This document shows, piece by piece, positions 11,576 through 23,330 of a stretch of DNA of 64,000 bases. This DNA comes from Saprolegnia diclina VS20 (lineage: Eukaryota), in assembly GCF_000281045.1 (NCBI RefSeq), contig NW_008246100.1:145385-209384 (forward strand), given 5' to 3'. Both the position numbers and the translations under genes were made by a program. The first letter of the stretch is position 1. Each line of letters opens with the position of its first letter. The notes beneath the pieces are model-generated. The model was not told where the DNA came from and did not search any database. It saw only the letters and a program-made list of their open reading frames with translations.

Positions 11576-13465
11576 ATGGCAGGACGCACCCTTGGCGCTG
11601 CCCTCCGCGCGACCCTGAAGCGCTCGGCCCGGTCGCCCGCCATTCTGCGACCCATGCACCTCATCGCGTGGCCTCTTCCTTCAAGCGCGTCGACCGTCCG
11701 CGACTTCTCGATCTCCGTGAGCAGCCTCCCGCCCAAGGCCAATGCCACGGCGCCGTCGATTGATGTCGACCACATGCACGCTGCGTACGCCAAGCTACAG
11801 AAGCTCTGCGACGACAACGACTTTGCTGGCGTCGTCAAGGAAGTGGCTTCGTACTACCGCCCGCTCGTGCAAACACTCGAGGGGCACGCTGCGCATGCGG
11901 CGTTCGACCCTATCATGACGGCGCGTGTCGAGCAGGAAGCAATGACGCTGCTCGTCAAGTACCGGCAGCACGAAGCCGCGACGCTGCTGTACGAGAACCT
12001 CCAAGACATGACGGCGGCGTCACCGCTCGTCAAGCCGACGCGGCGCACCATGTCCTTTCTCGTGGGCATGCTCAGCTTCCAGCACGCGCACGCCGACGTC
12101 GAGGCGGCCATGGACTTTGCGCTCGGCCATGGCGTGTACCCGACCGAGTCGATGAACGCGTCGTACCTGAAAGCGCTCATTTCGACCAAGCAACTCGACA
12201 AAGCAGCGGCGTTCTGGCGGCAGCTCAGCGACGCCAACGGCCCGCGCAACACGAGCGGGTACCGCCAAGCCCTCTACCTCTTTCAGACAATCAAGAGCTT
12301 CAAGGACATGAAGCGAATCGCGGACGACATTGAACTCCATGGCATCAAGCTGCGCGAACTCGACTACCAAAACCTCATGCTCGGCCTCGCCGCCGGGTTC
12401 CAGAACGACCAAGAGGACAGCGTCGACGGCGTCGAGTACGCCGAGGCTGTCCTAACGCTCTTTGATAACATGCAGCGCTTCGACGGCCTCTCGCCGTCGC
12501 TCGTGCCCCTCTATGTGGTCGCGATGGAAGCCCGCAACTACCTCGGCGAGTTTGACGAAGCGCTGGCCGTCCACGCGCAGTGCGAAGCGCTGACCACGTA
12601 CGCGCGTAGCAAGCCATAAGCATTTATCCTACCTCTTTCTAGGGAAGGAAGCAGCGCCCTCGCGCGGCCCTTGGTGCAAACGTACATTGGTCTGCACCAA
12701 TCGGAGCGCATTTTGCCGCTCATTGTGTCGTCGCTTGCGGAGAAGAAGGTCGTGAATGCAAGCGCGATGGCTGCCAAGCTCATGGTCGAGATGGCCAAGC
12801 AGGACCAAGTGCCCGCGCTGCTCGAGTTTCTCGAAGCCTGCCCTGTCTTCCATGTGACCTTTTACAGCGACGAAGACGCCAAGCGCGTGCTCCATACGCT
12901 TGCGCGCTCGACGCACGTGAGCCAAGTCGAGCTCTGGTCGCTCTTGGAGCCTCGCTTGCCACTACTCAACGTCACGACGCCGTTCTGGTGGTGGCAGCTC
13001 GTAAACTTTGTGGACAATGCGCGCCGGTGGCGCCTTCTGCAGCTCATGCTGGAGGCCCCGAATGCGGTCACGTCGCCGGCCAAGCTCGAGAACATCCTCA
13101 AGGGCTGCGTGCGCCGGGCGCTGAAGGACAAGGTCCCGGACGCGGCTGCCGACGAGGAAGACGAGGACGCGGTCGACGCGTGGGCCTTTGTCGTGTACCT
13201 TGGCGAGCGTCTGGGCTCGAAGAAGACGTTTGTGCTCCAGCACCTCGTGACCGCATACGCCGAGACGAACCAGCACGCCAAGGCGATCGAGACCTTTCGT
13301 GAGTTCCACCGCAAGTGCGTGCAGGGCGACCAGATCGTCACGAGCCCGTGGCCGTACGTCAGCGCCAAGCGGTCGCTCCTCGCGCTCGGGTACGAGGCCG
13401 AGGCCAACCAGGTCGACACGATCCTCGCCCTCCAGCACAAGGCCATCCACACGGCGTCGTCCTAA
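11576..13465 (+). CDS. Putative mitochondrial pentatricopeptide-repeat-like helical protein (2 exons)
   Basis: Arg/Ser/Ala-rich presequence MAGRTLGAALRATLKRSAR; PPR-like units (GVYPTESMNASYLKAL, GIKLRELDYQNLM); intron about 12597-12642. Confidence 0.65.
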
Positions 13466-13547
13466 TACCTGCAAAATGCGACTTTTGAGTTTGAGTTTGG
13501 AGCTTTTTGAAATACGACATCCGGATTGGTCGAGAGCATCCTCAAGC

Positions 13548-14165
13548 ATGGAGCTCCACCCGGGGCAGCTCTACCGGAACCGCACGGGCGGCGCGCTCTC
13601 GGTCGCCGACAGCTTGCGCCAGCGCTTCCTCGAGAACGACGTCAATGGCATGCGTGAGATGCTGGACGCGCTGACCGAGACGACGACGCTCTGCTGCGTG
13701 AACCCGACGTCGCCGCTGCTAGCACTGCTGCAGGATGCATTGGCCAACGTCCCGAGACCTGGCGTCGTCCTCAGCATAGGCAGTGGCTCTGGCCTGCTAG
13801 AGTTCCTACTGGACTTGCAACTGGGCGAGAATGGCCTGGACGTCCATGGCCTCGATATCGCGCCCGTGAACGTCTTCCTGCCCTTCTTCGACGTCGTCAA
13901 GGAAGGTGGTCGCCCGTCCAACGTCGACAACACGGTCGTGCTCCTCGCCGTGTACCTTCGCCGACCCTCGCTATTAGCAACCTACTTGCGATGGTATCCC
14001 AAAGTGACCAAGGTGATTCTGATTGGCCCCAAGAACGAAGACCCGCTCGCCGACGCCGCCACCGCCGACGCGGTCCAGGCGTGGGGCACGTGCGAGGCGC
14101 TGATTACCGACCACACCGCCCTCGCGCGCTGGGATATGTACCAGGTGTGGACCAAGAGGCCTTGA
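13548..14165 (+). CDS. Hypothetical protein with a SAM-methyltransferase-like Rossmann motif
   Basis: VVLSIGSGSGLLE followed by VHGLDI resembles class I methyltransferase motifs I and post-I; coding-type codon usage from ATG 13548. Confidence 0.55.
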   Translation: MELHPGQLYRNRTGGALSVADSLRQRFLENDVNGMREMLDALTETTTLCCVNPTSPLLALLQDALANVPRPGVVLSIGSGSGLLEFLLDLQLGENGLDVHGLDIAPVNVFLPFFDVVKEGGRPSNVDNTVVLLAVYLRRPSLLATYLRWYPKVTKVILIGPKNEDPLADAATADAVQAWGTCEALITDHTALARWDMYQVWTKRP

Positions 14166-14238
14166 TTAAACCCAGCTCGTTCTCGCGTCAGAGTCGTCGC
14201 AGGCAGAGTCGATAAATATATATATTCTTGCGTTGGAC

Positions 14239-16064
14239 TCAGAGGACGCGAGTGCGAATGCCATTGATGGCGTGCTTGGCCGCACCCGCCAGCACGGGCT
14301 TGCCGCAGCTCTTGGCTTGCACATCGGGGCGACCAGCGGTCGTGAGCCGACCCGCCTCAAAGCTGCTTCGCCGAAGTGCTTTGGCTTCAATTTCGATGCC
14401 TTGGTTGCGTGCGCGCGGCTTCACCGGGCTCTCCGCTTGGACGCGGCTGTTCTTGCGCGGCACAATCGCGAGCTTCTATAAGACCCACGTCACATCATCA
14501 GCACAGAGTGATCTCCGTGAACGTACAAGGTTCTGGTGACTTGTCTCGTCATCGGCGACTGGTGCTTGTGGCGCCCTACGCGTCACGATGACATCTCGTA
14601 TCGGTATCACGATGACGATGCGCACCGCTTGAGGAGCATGCTGGGGCTCACGGGGATCTTGGACTCGGTGCGCTCTTCCTTGCGCCGCTTCTCAAACTTG
14701 TCGACCATTTCCTCGAACGTTGCGCAGTTTTTCCCGTAAATTTCCGCACCAAAGACGCCGGCCAGCACGAGCGTCGCGCCCCGGCGGTGGTATACGGTCA
14801 CGCCGTCGGCGCGCGTCTCGGTCTTCATTTCGTCGACGGCGGCCCGGAGCGCAAACCCGACGCCGACGCCGTAGAGCCAATCGAGGCCGTCCGACTTGTG
14901 CGCTTGCACGACACGGCCCGCGAGGTCGACCTTGATGGCGCCCCGCGCCGATGCAAACGTCTGCGGTGCCCCGTCGATCGTGACGGGCAGCATCTTGGTC
15001 GTGTACCCGCAGCACCACACGATTGCGGCGGCGGCATCGCAGGCTTGCTTCTGCAGCGCTGCACCACTTGTGCCCTTCTTGACCATGTAGAGCTTGAGCC
15101 GGGGCTCGTGGCCGGACGACGCGGCAACGTATAAGGCTTTGGCGTCTTCGCGGAGGCCCGTAAAGGTATTGACGGACCCGCTCTTGTCTGCCTTCTCGAC
15201 ACTGACCCCGTCGGCCTCGGCTTCCTTTTTCGTGTTGTAAAAGCACCGGATCGGGCCGCGGTGCAAAAGCGCGAGGTCTTTCGGGCCAAACGTGATGCTC
15301 GGCTCTTGCTTATTGGGCTTTGGCTGCATCTTGTTGAGGAGGACCCAAGCTACCGAGAAGGCGCTGTGGGAGCCGCCAATGATGCACACCTTCTTGTCCT
15401 TGGCCGTACTGAGCGCGTTGGCGAGGGCACGGCGCCCCGGTTCGCGCAGCACGGCGTCCGACGTCCACGCCTTGGCCACATGCGTCGGGTCCAGGTCAGG
15501 TGGGAGCTCTTGGGTACCCCCCATCGCGAGGACTACGTGGTCGGCCAAAATGGTTTCTTCGACACCGTGGTGCGATATCGTGATCTGGCACACACCCGAT
15601 GCCAAGCGCTCGACATGCGTCGCCGTCGTCTCGTGAAGACATGCGCTTTGGCCCGGGTACTTGAGCATCTCAAGCCGCGCGAGGTACCCAATGGCTTCAA
15701 GGAATTTGCCGAGCTCGACGAGGTTGATGGACGCGTTCCCGATCGCCGAGAGCCGCTGGGCCGCCGGGTGCACCTCGAGGCCCTCGAGAAACGTGCCCCG
15801 GATCGACTCGGGCGGGTCTAGCTCGGGCTTCTCGTCGAGGACGCTACCGAGCAAGCTCTTTGCAAACGTGTTGGAGTTGATGATGTAGTCGCCGAGGTTG
15901 CCGCGGCCCAGACTCGCGACAGGCCCGCCGTGCACGAGGACGACGCCCAGCGAGAGCAGCTTGTCGAGGTACCCGAGGCGTGCGGCGCGGACAAAGATGC
16001 CGATGCCCGCGGGCCCGCCACCGAGGATCGCGAGCTTGTAGACGGGAGATGCTGCGTCGGCCAT
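14239..16064 (-). CDS. FAD/NAD(P)-dependent oxidoreductase (pyridine nucleotide-disulfide-like); 3 exons
   Basis: LAILGGGPAG (FAD), VVLAMGG, CIIGGSHSA (NAD(P)), IVWCCGY; two short introns near 14578-14625 and 14479-14526 lead to a low-complexity tail ending at 14239. Confidence 0.75.
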
Positions 16065-16918
16065 CGACAGATTCAAATTGCCGCCATCGCGCTCGTATCT
16101 TGTGCTGGCGACGAGCCAATCGGAACTGGCCCCAACGCGCGCCGGAAATAGCGCCAGCGCCATCCGGGACCATGTACGTATCTCGTACATTCCAACGTAT
16201 GTACGTAGGAGCACTGTGGTTCTGCAACCCCTTAGATGTGGCCGATTTTTGTCATGCGCGACTGATTCCACAAACTTGCAACTGATCGTTCATGTTGTTG
16301 TCGTGGGCGGGTTTTGCAGGAGCAGTACCCGATGCACCACGTCGTTTTGGTTTGTTTCCGTACATTCTTGTACGTACACGTACGTACATACGTGGCGCGT
16401 GCTGTGAGTCGCATCGGCGACACACGCTGCAAAGAGCACGCGCAACCGACGCGATCACTGCAAGAAGCTGCATCGAGTACAATAGAACACCAGGGTGATG
16501 GATGTCATTACATAGTCGCTGCGGACAAGTATCAACCAGTCCTAGTTACATCCAATGCCTCTCAATGTCAGAGTCCACGGATATGTCTACAGATACGGCT
16601 CCTCCGGCTTCGATCATCCGCCTTCTTTTTAATTGGGACCTTGAAGTATGCTCGCACACACTTGACACTACAAAGGACGCGAACATCCCAGGCAGGTCGA
16701 GACTGGTTGAGTTTGGAACAGTCCGCGTTCCAAAATGGACCGAAATTGGCCAATCCGACGCAATTTCAAAAGTTAGACGCACCAATCGAAGCGCGCGTGT
16801 TGGATCTTGATGTGCAGATCCACCAATCACAAGCACTGTCGCGATCGGAATTCCAACTTGCAATTGTTGTGGGCGTCCCATGCGCTCTGTCAAAACTCAA
16901 TCGCACCTCCTCTTCTCA

Positions 16919-18976
16919 ATGCGCTTCGATACTAGTGCTGCGGTGCTGCTTCTGCCGCTTATCGCAGCCGATGTGTCGATCTGCTCGTCACCGGCGTTCA
17001 CCGCAGTGCCGTCTGTCGCGCTCTCGCCCTCCATCTCCTTGCGCAGTCTCGTTGTCGGTGACAGCGCGTGCTTTGAGGTGACGACGTCGGCCGCCAGCGC
17101 GCAATGGGTCGCGCTCGGGTTTGCAGCCTCGGCCAAGATGGTCAACTCGCCCGTCTCGAACGCAGCTGTGCTCCTGTCGTCCAGTGTGCCACCCGTCGTA
17201 CAAGTGTACGACCTGCGTGACTATGTCCCGTCGCAAGTCGTGCTGCAATCGAACCAGTCGTCGATCACCGTCGCCCGCACGCTCGTGACCAAGGACCAAG
17301 CCTCGTTCACGTTTCAGCGGACTCTGGCTGCGGCAACGGCGACCGACGTCGCGCTTGGGACCACCGACCCCGTGACCGTTCTCTGGGCGCACGGCGACGT
17401 GGGCTTCCCATCGTACCACACGGCTCGTGGGGCTGCCCGCGTGCAGCTGACCACGTCGACGGCGGCGACAAGTGTGTTTGCCGCTGCCTCAACATTTGTG
17501 ACCACGCGCACGACCATCATCGTAGCGATTGGCTGTGCTCTCGTCATGCTCTCCGGGCTCTTGGTCACGTACGTTGCGCGGTTGAAGAAACTTCCGCTCA
17601 AGACACTGTTACCACCGCCGTCTTCGCTCCACGCGTGGGGTGCGCACCTTTGGCAGCCGTTCGCAGACTTGCATGTCGGGTCGCTTGTCGTCTTGAGCAT
17701 CTACGCAGCGACCCTCGTCGTCGTCGTCGTATCGCTCCAGCGTGAGTTTGCTGGTGCAAGCGCGGACCGCATCGCGTCGCTTGTGACGGGCCATTTCGCG
17801 CTCGTGCACCTGATGTTGCTGCTGCTGCCCGTTGCGCGCGGCCAGCACTGGACGCTCATCTTTGGCATTGGGCCGGAGCGAGCGCTGCTGTTTCACCGCA
17901 TGCTCGGACGCCTTGTCGTGCTCCTTAGCATCGTGCATTTGATCCTCAACGCCCGCAACGTTCGCGTGACCTCGTCGACGCCGTACGGGACGCAGCAAGT
18001 GGTGCCGCTCTACGGCTTTGTCGCGTTCCTCGCACTCACATCGCTCGGCCTTGTCGCGCTTTGGGCCATTCGACGCCATTGCTACGAGGTGTTTCTCTAC
18101 TACCACCGCGTCGCTGCGGTCGTCGGCATCCTCTTCAGCATGCTGCACAGCCACACGGTCGCGATCGGCATGGCCTTTCCGCTCATCATTTACGGTCTCA
18201 GCGGCCTCTATCGTCTTGGCGCGTACCGCCAGTGCTTTGACGCTACCGCGCGCGTCACTGGCCCTTCGACGGTGACGCTCTCGCTGCCATCAACGCCGCA
18301 GACCATGCACTGGGCGACGCGCATGAGCCCCGGCTCGTTTTTCTACGTCAACGTTCCGTCCATTTCGCGGCTCGAGTGGCACCCGTACTCGGCGGTGGCG
18401 ACACCTACAAGCGACACGATCGGCTTTTGCATCAAGGCCCCCCACGCAAATTCGTTTGGCCACAAGGTGTACACGGCCGCTATGGAGAATGCGTCGCTGG
18501 CCGTGTACGTGGGCGGGCCATACGGCCGCTTCACCGTCGACCTCGCTTCGTACGAGCACGCAATTCTCATCTGCGGTGGTATCGGCATCACACCAATGCT
18601 AAACGTGCTCAATCAGTCGCGCAGCGGCTCTGCCAATACGCGCTTGGAGCTGCACTGGGTCGTCCGCGATCCGGCCGAGCTCTTGAGCGCCGATGATCTC
18701 ATGTTCCCACTCGCAGCACACAACGTGGTAGCCAAGTTTTACTGCTCGACGACCGCCAACGACGCGCCGGGTGTCGTATGCAGCAGTTCAGGGGAGACGG
18801 TCCACTATACCTGCGGCAAGCCGGTGCTCGACGAGATCATCAACAGCCAGCGCTTTCTCACGCCTCAATCGTCCGTGTGTGTCGTTGCCTGCGGTCCGCC
18901 GGGCCTCGTCGCCAGTGCGCAGCATTACGCATATGCGATTGGCCTCGACTTTCACAAGGAGGTCTTCGAGTTCTAA
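16919..18976 (+). CDS. DOMON-domain ferric reductase/NOX-like transmembrane protein
   Basis: Signal peptide; DOMON motifs WVALGF..M and LWAHG..YH; heme His motifs FHR.LG..H and YYHR..MLH; EWHPYS, GPYG, CGGIGITP, CGPPG, HKEVFEF. Confidence 0.9.
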   Translation: MRFDTSAAVLLLPLIAADVSICSSPAFTAVPSVALSPSISLRSLVVGDSACFEVTTSAASAQWVALGFAASAKMVNSPVSNAAVLLSSSVPPVVQVYDLRDYVPSQVVLQSNQSSITVARTLVTKDQASFTFQRTLAAATATDVALGTTDPVTVLWAHGDVGFPSYHTARGAARVQLTTSTAATSVFAAASTFVTTRTTIIVAIGCALVMLSGLLVTYVARLKKLPLKTLLPPPSSLHAWGAHLWQPFADLHVGSLVVLSIYAATLVVVVVSLQREFAGASADRIASLVTGHFALVHLMLLLLPVARGQHWTLIFGIGPERALLFHRMLGRLVVLLSIVHLILNARNVRVTSSTPYGTQQVVPLYGFVAFLALTSLGLVALWAIRRHCYEVFLYYHRVAAVVGILFSMLHSHTVAIGMAFPLIIYGLSGLYRLGAYRQCFDATARVTGPSTVTLSLPSTPQTMHWATRMSPGSFFYVNVPSISRLEWHPYSAVATPTSDTIGFCIKAPHANSFGHKVYTAAMENASLAVYVGGPYGRFTVDLASYEHAILICGGIGITPMLNVLNQSRSGSANTRLELHWVVRDPAELLSADDLMFPLAAHNVVAKFYCSTTANDAPGVVCSSSGETVHYTCGKPVLDEIINSQRFLTPQSSVCVVACGPPGLVASAQHYAYAIGLDFHKEVFEF

Positions 18977-19296
18977 GATGCAACTGCTTTTATATCCCAA
19001 GGACCTCAACATCCTCTACATGAATATACCTCTATCTGCTTGCCTACATCCTATGTGTCATTTGATTCAACACAGCCGGCAAAGATGCGAGGCAGTCAAC
19101 CGGCCACCGATCCAAATCCCAGGTGTCACACTGGGGGTAGGGGTGCCATGGCGGCCGCCCCTCGCCACAACGTGTGGTCAGCTCATGCGCAAAGTTCGCG
19201 AGTAGCACTTCTTGTGGTATCGCATTGTCCATGACGGTGGCAAAATGCAAATCCACACAGCAGTACTCGTTGTATGAAGACGTACTACCAAATCAC

Positions 19297-20817
19297 CTAC
19301 GAGGTCCATGGCTGGAAGCGGAACGTCAAGGGCTTGTCGGGCACAAGCATCGTCTTGAGGACCGCCTGCGGGTGCGTCTCGTCGGGCACCCACTGGATCT
19401 CAACGCAGCGAACGAGGTGGGCCAAGAAGAGATACATTTCTGTCTCGGCGAGGCGTCGGCCGACGCAACTGCGCGCGCCCATGCCGAACGGGAGCGTCGA
19501 GTACGCTTCGTGCTTGCGGCGCATGGGCGATTTGCGATCGCGTTCGAGCCAGCGGTCGGGCACAAAGCTCTCTGGCTCATCAAACACGGTTGGGTCGCGG
19601 CTCATCGAGTAGGTGGCCATGAGTACGTTCGTTCCTCTCGGGAGATCGTACCCGAGGAGCGTCATGTCCTGCGAGAGGAATCGCTGGTTCGGCGTAGCCA
19701 CCGGATACAAGCGCAGCGTCTCCTTGATCACCGCTCGGATGTACGAGAGCTTCTCGAGGCCTACGGCGTCAAACTCCGTGGAGCCGTCGAGCGCATCCTC
19801 GACCTCGGCGCGCATCTTGCGCTGGATCTCGTGGCTGTTGGGCGATGTCGCGAGACAGTAGAGGGCCCAGAGCAGTGCGATGGACGTCGTGTCGACGCCA
19901 GCAAAGAGCACGTCGAGGGCCTGTGCGATCGCGTCGCGCTCGGTGAGCTCCGGACGCTGCAAAAAGAGCGTCAGCAAATCGGGCTCCGAGACCTCGTGGG
20001 ACGCGATCTTCTCCCGCATCAAGTCGTGGCCGAGCCCAAAGATAACATCCGCGTGCGCCACGTGCTCCTTGTACGCGGGCAGCAGCTTATACACGATGCG
20101 GGGCGCCTCGGGCGGCACCGATAGGAGCTGCTGGGAGGTTTCAAAGAAGCCGTCCACCGCGCGGATCAGAGCTTCTGCCGTCGACGACACGGGCGTCAAG
20201 TGGTTGGGCGAGAGGCAGCCCATGCGCTTACCAAAGACGATCGACGAGACGGCTTCGAGCGCAAATGCTTTGGTCGTCAGCGTCATGGGCACGTCGCCGC
20301 TCGATGACGCACGAGCTTCGTCATGGACGCGTGACGCGACATCGCGGGCGACGGCGTCGAGGCGCGGCAGCCACGCGCTCATATTGTGCGGCTGAAGCAC
20401 GTGCGCGCTCATGCCGAGCCGGAATCGCTTCCACTCGGCGTACTCGTTTGTGTTGGTCAAGCCCAACGGCCAACGGCTCTCGTCGCGGTATAGCTGCCAG
20501 AAGGCGAAGAGCTGGCGCTCGGGCATCGCGCCTTCGTGTCGGTAGATAAGGGCGACAGCGTCCGGGTCCGAGATGCTCACCGTGTAGCGCTGGAAGGGAA
20601 GGAACCGGACGCGGAGGATCGGGCCGAGCGACGCGTGGAGAGCGTGGATGCGTTCAAAGAGGAAGCGGAAGCCATTGTTCGACGCAAAGTGCGCAAAGCT
20701 GCAGCGCAATGGGCCAAACCCCCACTCTGGCGCGACCGGAACGTCGCGTAGGCTGGGCGAGGCCTCGGCAGCAGTGGCGACGGCAGCCAAAGTCGACTTG
20801 AGGCGGGTGCGGAGCAT
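19297..20817 (-). CDS. Cytochrome P450, mitochondrial-clan-like, intronless
   Basis: WKRFR, AGVDTT, KETLR, FVPDRW and PFGMGARSCVGRRLAE motifs; N-terminus MLRTRLKSTLAAVATAA looks like a transit peptide, not a TM anchor. Confidence 0.93.
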   Translation of the reverse strand: MLRTRLKSTLAAVATAAEASPSLRDVPVAPEWGFGPLRCSFAHFASNNGFRFLFERIHALHASLGPILRVRFLPFQRYTVSISDPDAVALIYRHEGAMPERQLFAFWQLYRDESRWPLGLTNTNEYAEWKRFRLGMSAHVLQPHNMSAWLPRLDAVARDVASRVHDEARASSSGDVPMTLTTKAFALEAVSSIVFGKRMGCLSPNHLTPVSSTAEALIRAVDGFFETSQQLLSVPPEAPRIVYKLLPAYKEHVAHADVIFGLGHDLMREKIASHEVSEPDLLTLFLQRPELTERDAIAQALDVLFAGVDTTSIALLWALYCLATSPNSHEIQRKMRAEVEDALDGSTEFDAVGLEKLSYIRAVIKETLRLYPVATPNQRFLSQDMTLLGYDLPRGTNVLMATYSMSRDPTVFDEPESFVPDRWLERDRKSPMRRKHEAYSTLPFGMGARSCVGRRLAETEMYLFLAHLVRCVEIQWVPDETHPQAVLKTMLVPDKPLTFRFQPWTS

Positions 20818-21699
20818 TGGACAATGGTCAAAAGCAACACGGTGGAGCCAACCGTGGCGATATCGCGTCAGTACGCACGCCTGCAACCGGTTAACTTTGC
20901 ACGGTCCATGGCACTCGTATGCCGTCCTACGAAGGCTGCCACGAGTGGCGCCATCTCGGCGGTATCTTTGCTGGTGATAGCTCAAACGGCAAGCTCAACA
21001 GCAACTTGAGACGCCAATCTCAAAACCGACATCGACATTGGGATGTTTGCCCCACCGATGCACGCGACCAGTCGATTGATGCTACATTCGTATCAATCCA
21101 CTCGCTCGGTTGATGGTCATGACGACGTACGTGCGAGCGATGCGCCATTTCAGCGGTATCCGAGTGGGTCGAAACTCAAAAAGCGGGCTCAAACGGCAAG
21201 TTCAGACACCAAACTCAAAAGCAGTACCCACGCACCATCTGACATGGCAAGTCGATCCCAGCGGCAAACTGATCTACGTGTGGTGGGAGGGGAGGGGGCA
21301 AAAGCCAGCCGCGCCTTGCGATTTGGATTCCCCTGGGCGTTGTGGACGTAGCTAAAAGCACCCAGCTCAAAGCACGGGCGCCGTCAACCGTAGCCGATTG
21401 CACAAGACCGTAGGCTGCATCTGGCGCGAGCCATGGTCGAGTAGCCTTCTCCAGGTGGCGTGAATCAAGACATCGAAGTGGGCTGCTTCAACAACAACGT
21501 AGGCCAAGTAGAGGCATCCCGTGCTCCCTGCCTCGAGGCGTCGACGACATGCTCGCTTTGTGGTTTGTGCTTGGTGGTTTGCTCTCGATCGTACAACTTA
21601 GTCGGACCTTGTGGTCTTGAGCACCGTAGCGGGCTTGCCACGACGCCGGCACACCCCATCGCCCAGCAGCAACATGTTGAAGAAAGCAGAGATGAGTGT

Positions 21700-23330
21700 T
21701 CACTTTTTAGGTGGTTTGCTCTTGCCCGACGAACGAAGTGGCGTGGCGTAGCTCGCACGGAGCTCTGAGAAAGCGCCGGCGCGGAAGACGCTGCCAAGCG
21801 GCGTCGGTGTCGCCTTGCCTCGGCCTGGCGTCGATCGGAACGGCGTCGGCGTCTTCTTGGCCTTCATGCGCTAATCACCAAATGCAGCGTCAGCCTCCGA
21901 GCCAGCCGGCGTCGGCGGTTAGCCAAAAGACCTGTTTGTTCTTGGCGTCCATGGCGAGCGCCAGCTTTTCCCGCTTGGATTTGTCCTTGATCTCAAAGAC
22001 AGGGCGATCTAAGCTCACACACGTCACACTCGGCGCACACGCTGGTCCACGTACGGGCAGGCGTCTCGCTCGGAAGGATCATCGGTGTTGCTGCAATGTC
22101 GCCCCACGTCATGAGCGGCGACCCGTTCTGGTCGCCAGGCACAATGAGCGGCGTCATCTCCACCAAGTCCAGCGGCGCATCCGGCGCAACGTCGGGCGCC
22201 AAGTCTTGGGTCGCTAGAAACGCAGTCGAGAAGCGCGAGTTGGCGTACACCGTCTCCATTGGCTTCTTGGCCACCGCGCCGGTCCGAAGCGATTTGGTCA
22301 GCGCGCCATTTTGCGGCGCTGGGCCGTTTTCGAGCAAAAGCACGTCGCCCGGCGCCGTTGCTTCCAGCTAAACGCACAGTGTTATGGAAGGAGTCCTTGA
22401 CGTGTTTCATACCTTGCAGATGGCCCGCGACGTCGCGAGGTCGGGCGGGAAGAGGAGCTGGTTACGGGCGCGGAAGGTCCACGTGTCAGGTGCAGCAGGT
22501 CGCGCGTCTTCCAAGGCTACAATGAGCATTGAGCGCAAAGCAATCGGATGCGATGATCCACCGAGCTTTGTGTCGCACGCTTTGTCCATGAGGAGCCGTT
22601 GCTCCTTGGTCATTCTTGTGCCGTCGGGGAGCAGGAGCAAGCGCGTAGTCGCGTGGTCGTCGTCGAACGCCCAGTGGTACTTCTTCTTGTGCTCGGCGAC
22701 GGCCTTTTCTTGCAGCTCCTCGAACGCTGCATTGTCCTCGGACGTGTGTGTTGCCTATGGCGACGTCAGCACATCGTTGCGCACCCTCGAACGACAGGTT
22801 ACCAAGAAGTGGTTCAGGGTCATTGTTGCTGTGCTTGGTGCTTCGCCGGCGTCGTCGATGGTGGCGTCGTCTTCGTTCGGCTCATCAACATCGCTCGAGA
22901 CGCGTGGCGGTGTGGGAACATCCCATGACGATGTGGCCTCGTCGTCGGCCCGCTTGCGCTTGCCGCCGCCTGTGTGGGCTTCTAGTGGTGTCGCCCAGAT
23001 ATGAGCTCGGCGTCACTGTGGCGTAAGAGCGTACGCTGTGACCTTGAGCTCGTTCTCGTCTGCGGGCGCTTTTGCTGGTCGTTGGCAATGTACTGGCGGA
23101 CTTGAGCTATCAGGGCCGCGTTCTTCGTGGCGAGCGCATCGAGCCACTACGTGCGAGGACGCATGAGGCTTGCAGCCTTGGGGCGGGATGTCTACCATGG
23201 TCTGGTACTTGAGCTTGGGCAGATCCGGGAAGAAGTCCCGCTCGATGATCGCGTCCAGCGCCTCAACGTACGCATCTTCCTCAAGGACCTGCTTCCGGTT
23301 CGAAGCCATCGACGCAAATTCCGGTTCCAT
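21700..23330 (-). CDS. ESS2: Splicing factor ESS-2/DGCR14 (multi-exon)
   Basis: KQVLEEDAYVEALDAIIERDFFPDLPKL; SEDNAAFEEL; W.FRARNQLLF; SPLMTWGDIAATP; terminal ELRASYATP..KK*. Confidence 0.88.

Noticed and set aside
16170..16395. TACG/GTAC-rich short palindromic runs
   Set aside because: Low-complexity promoter sequence with no regular unit or defined structure
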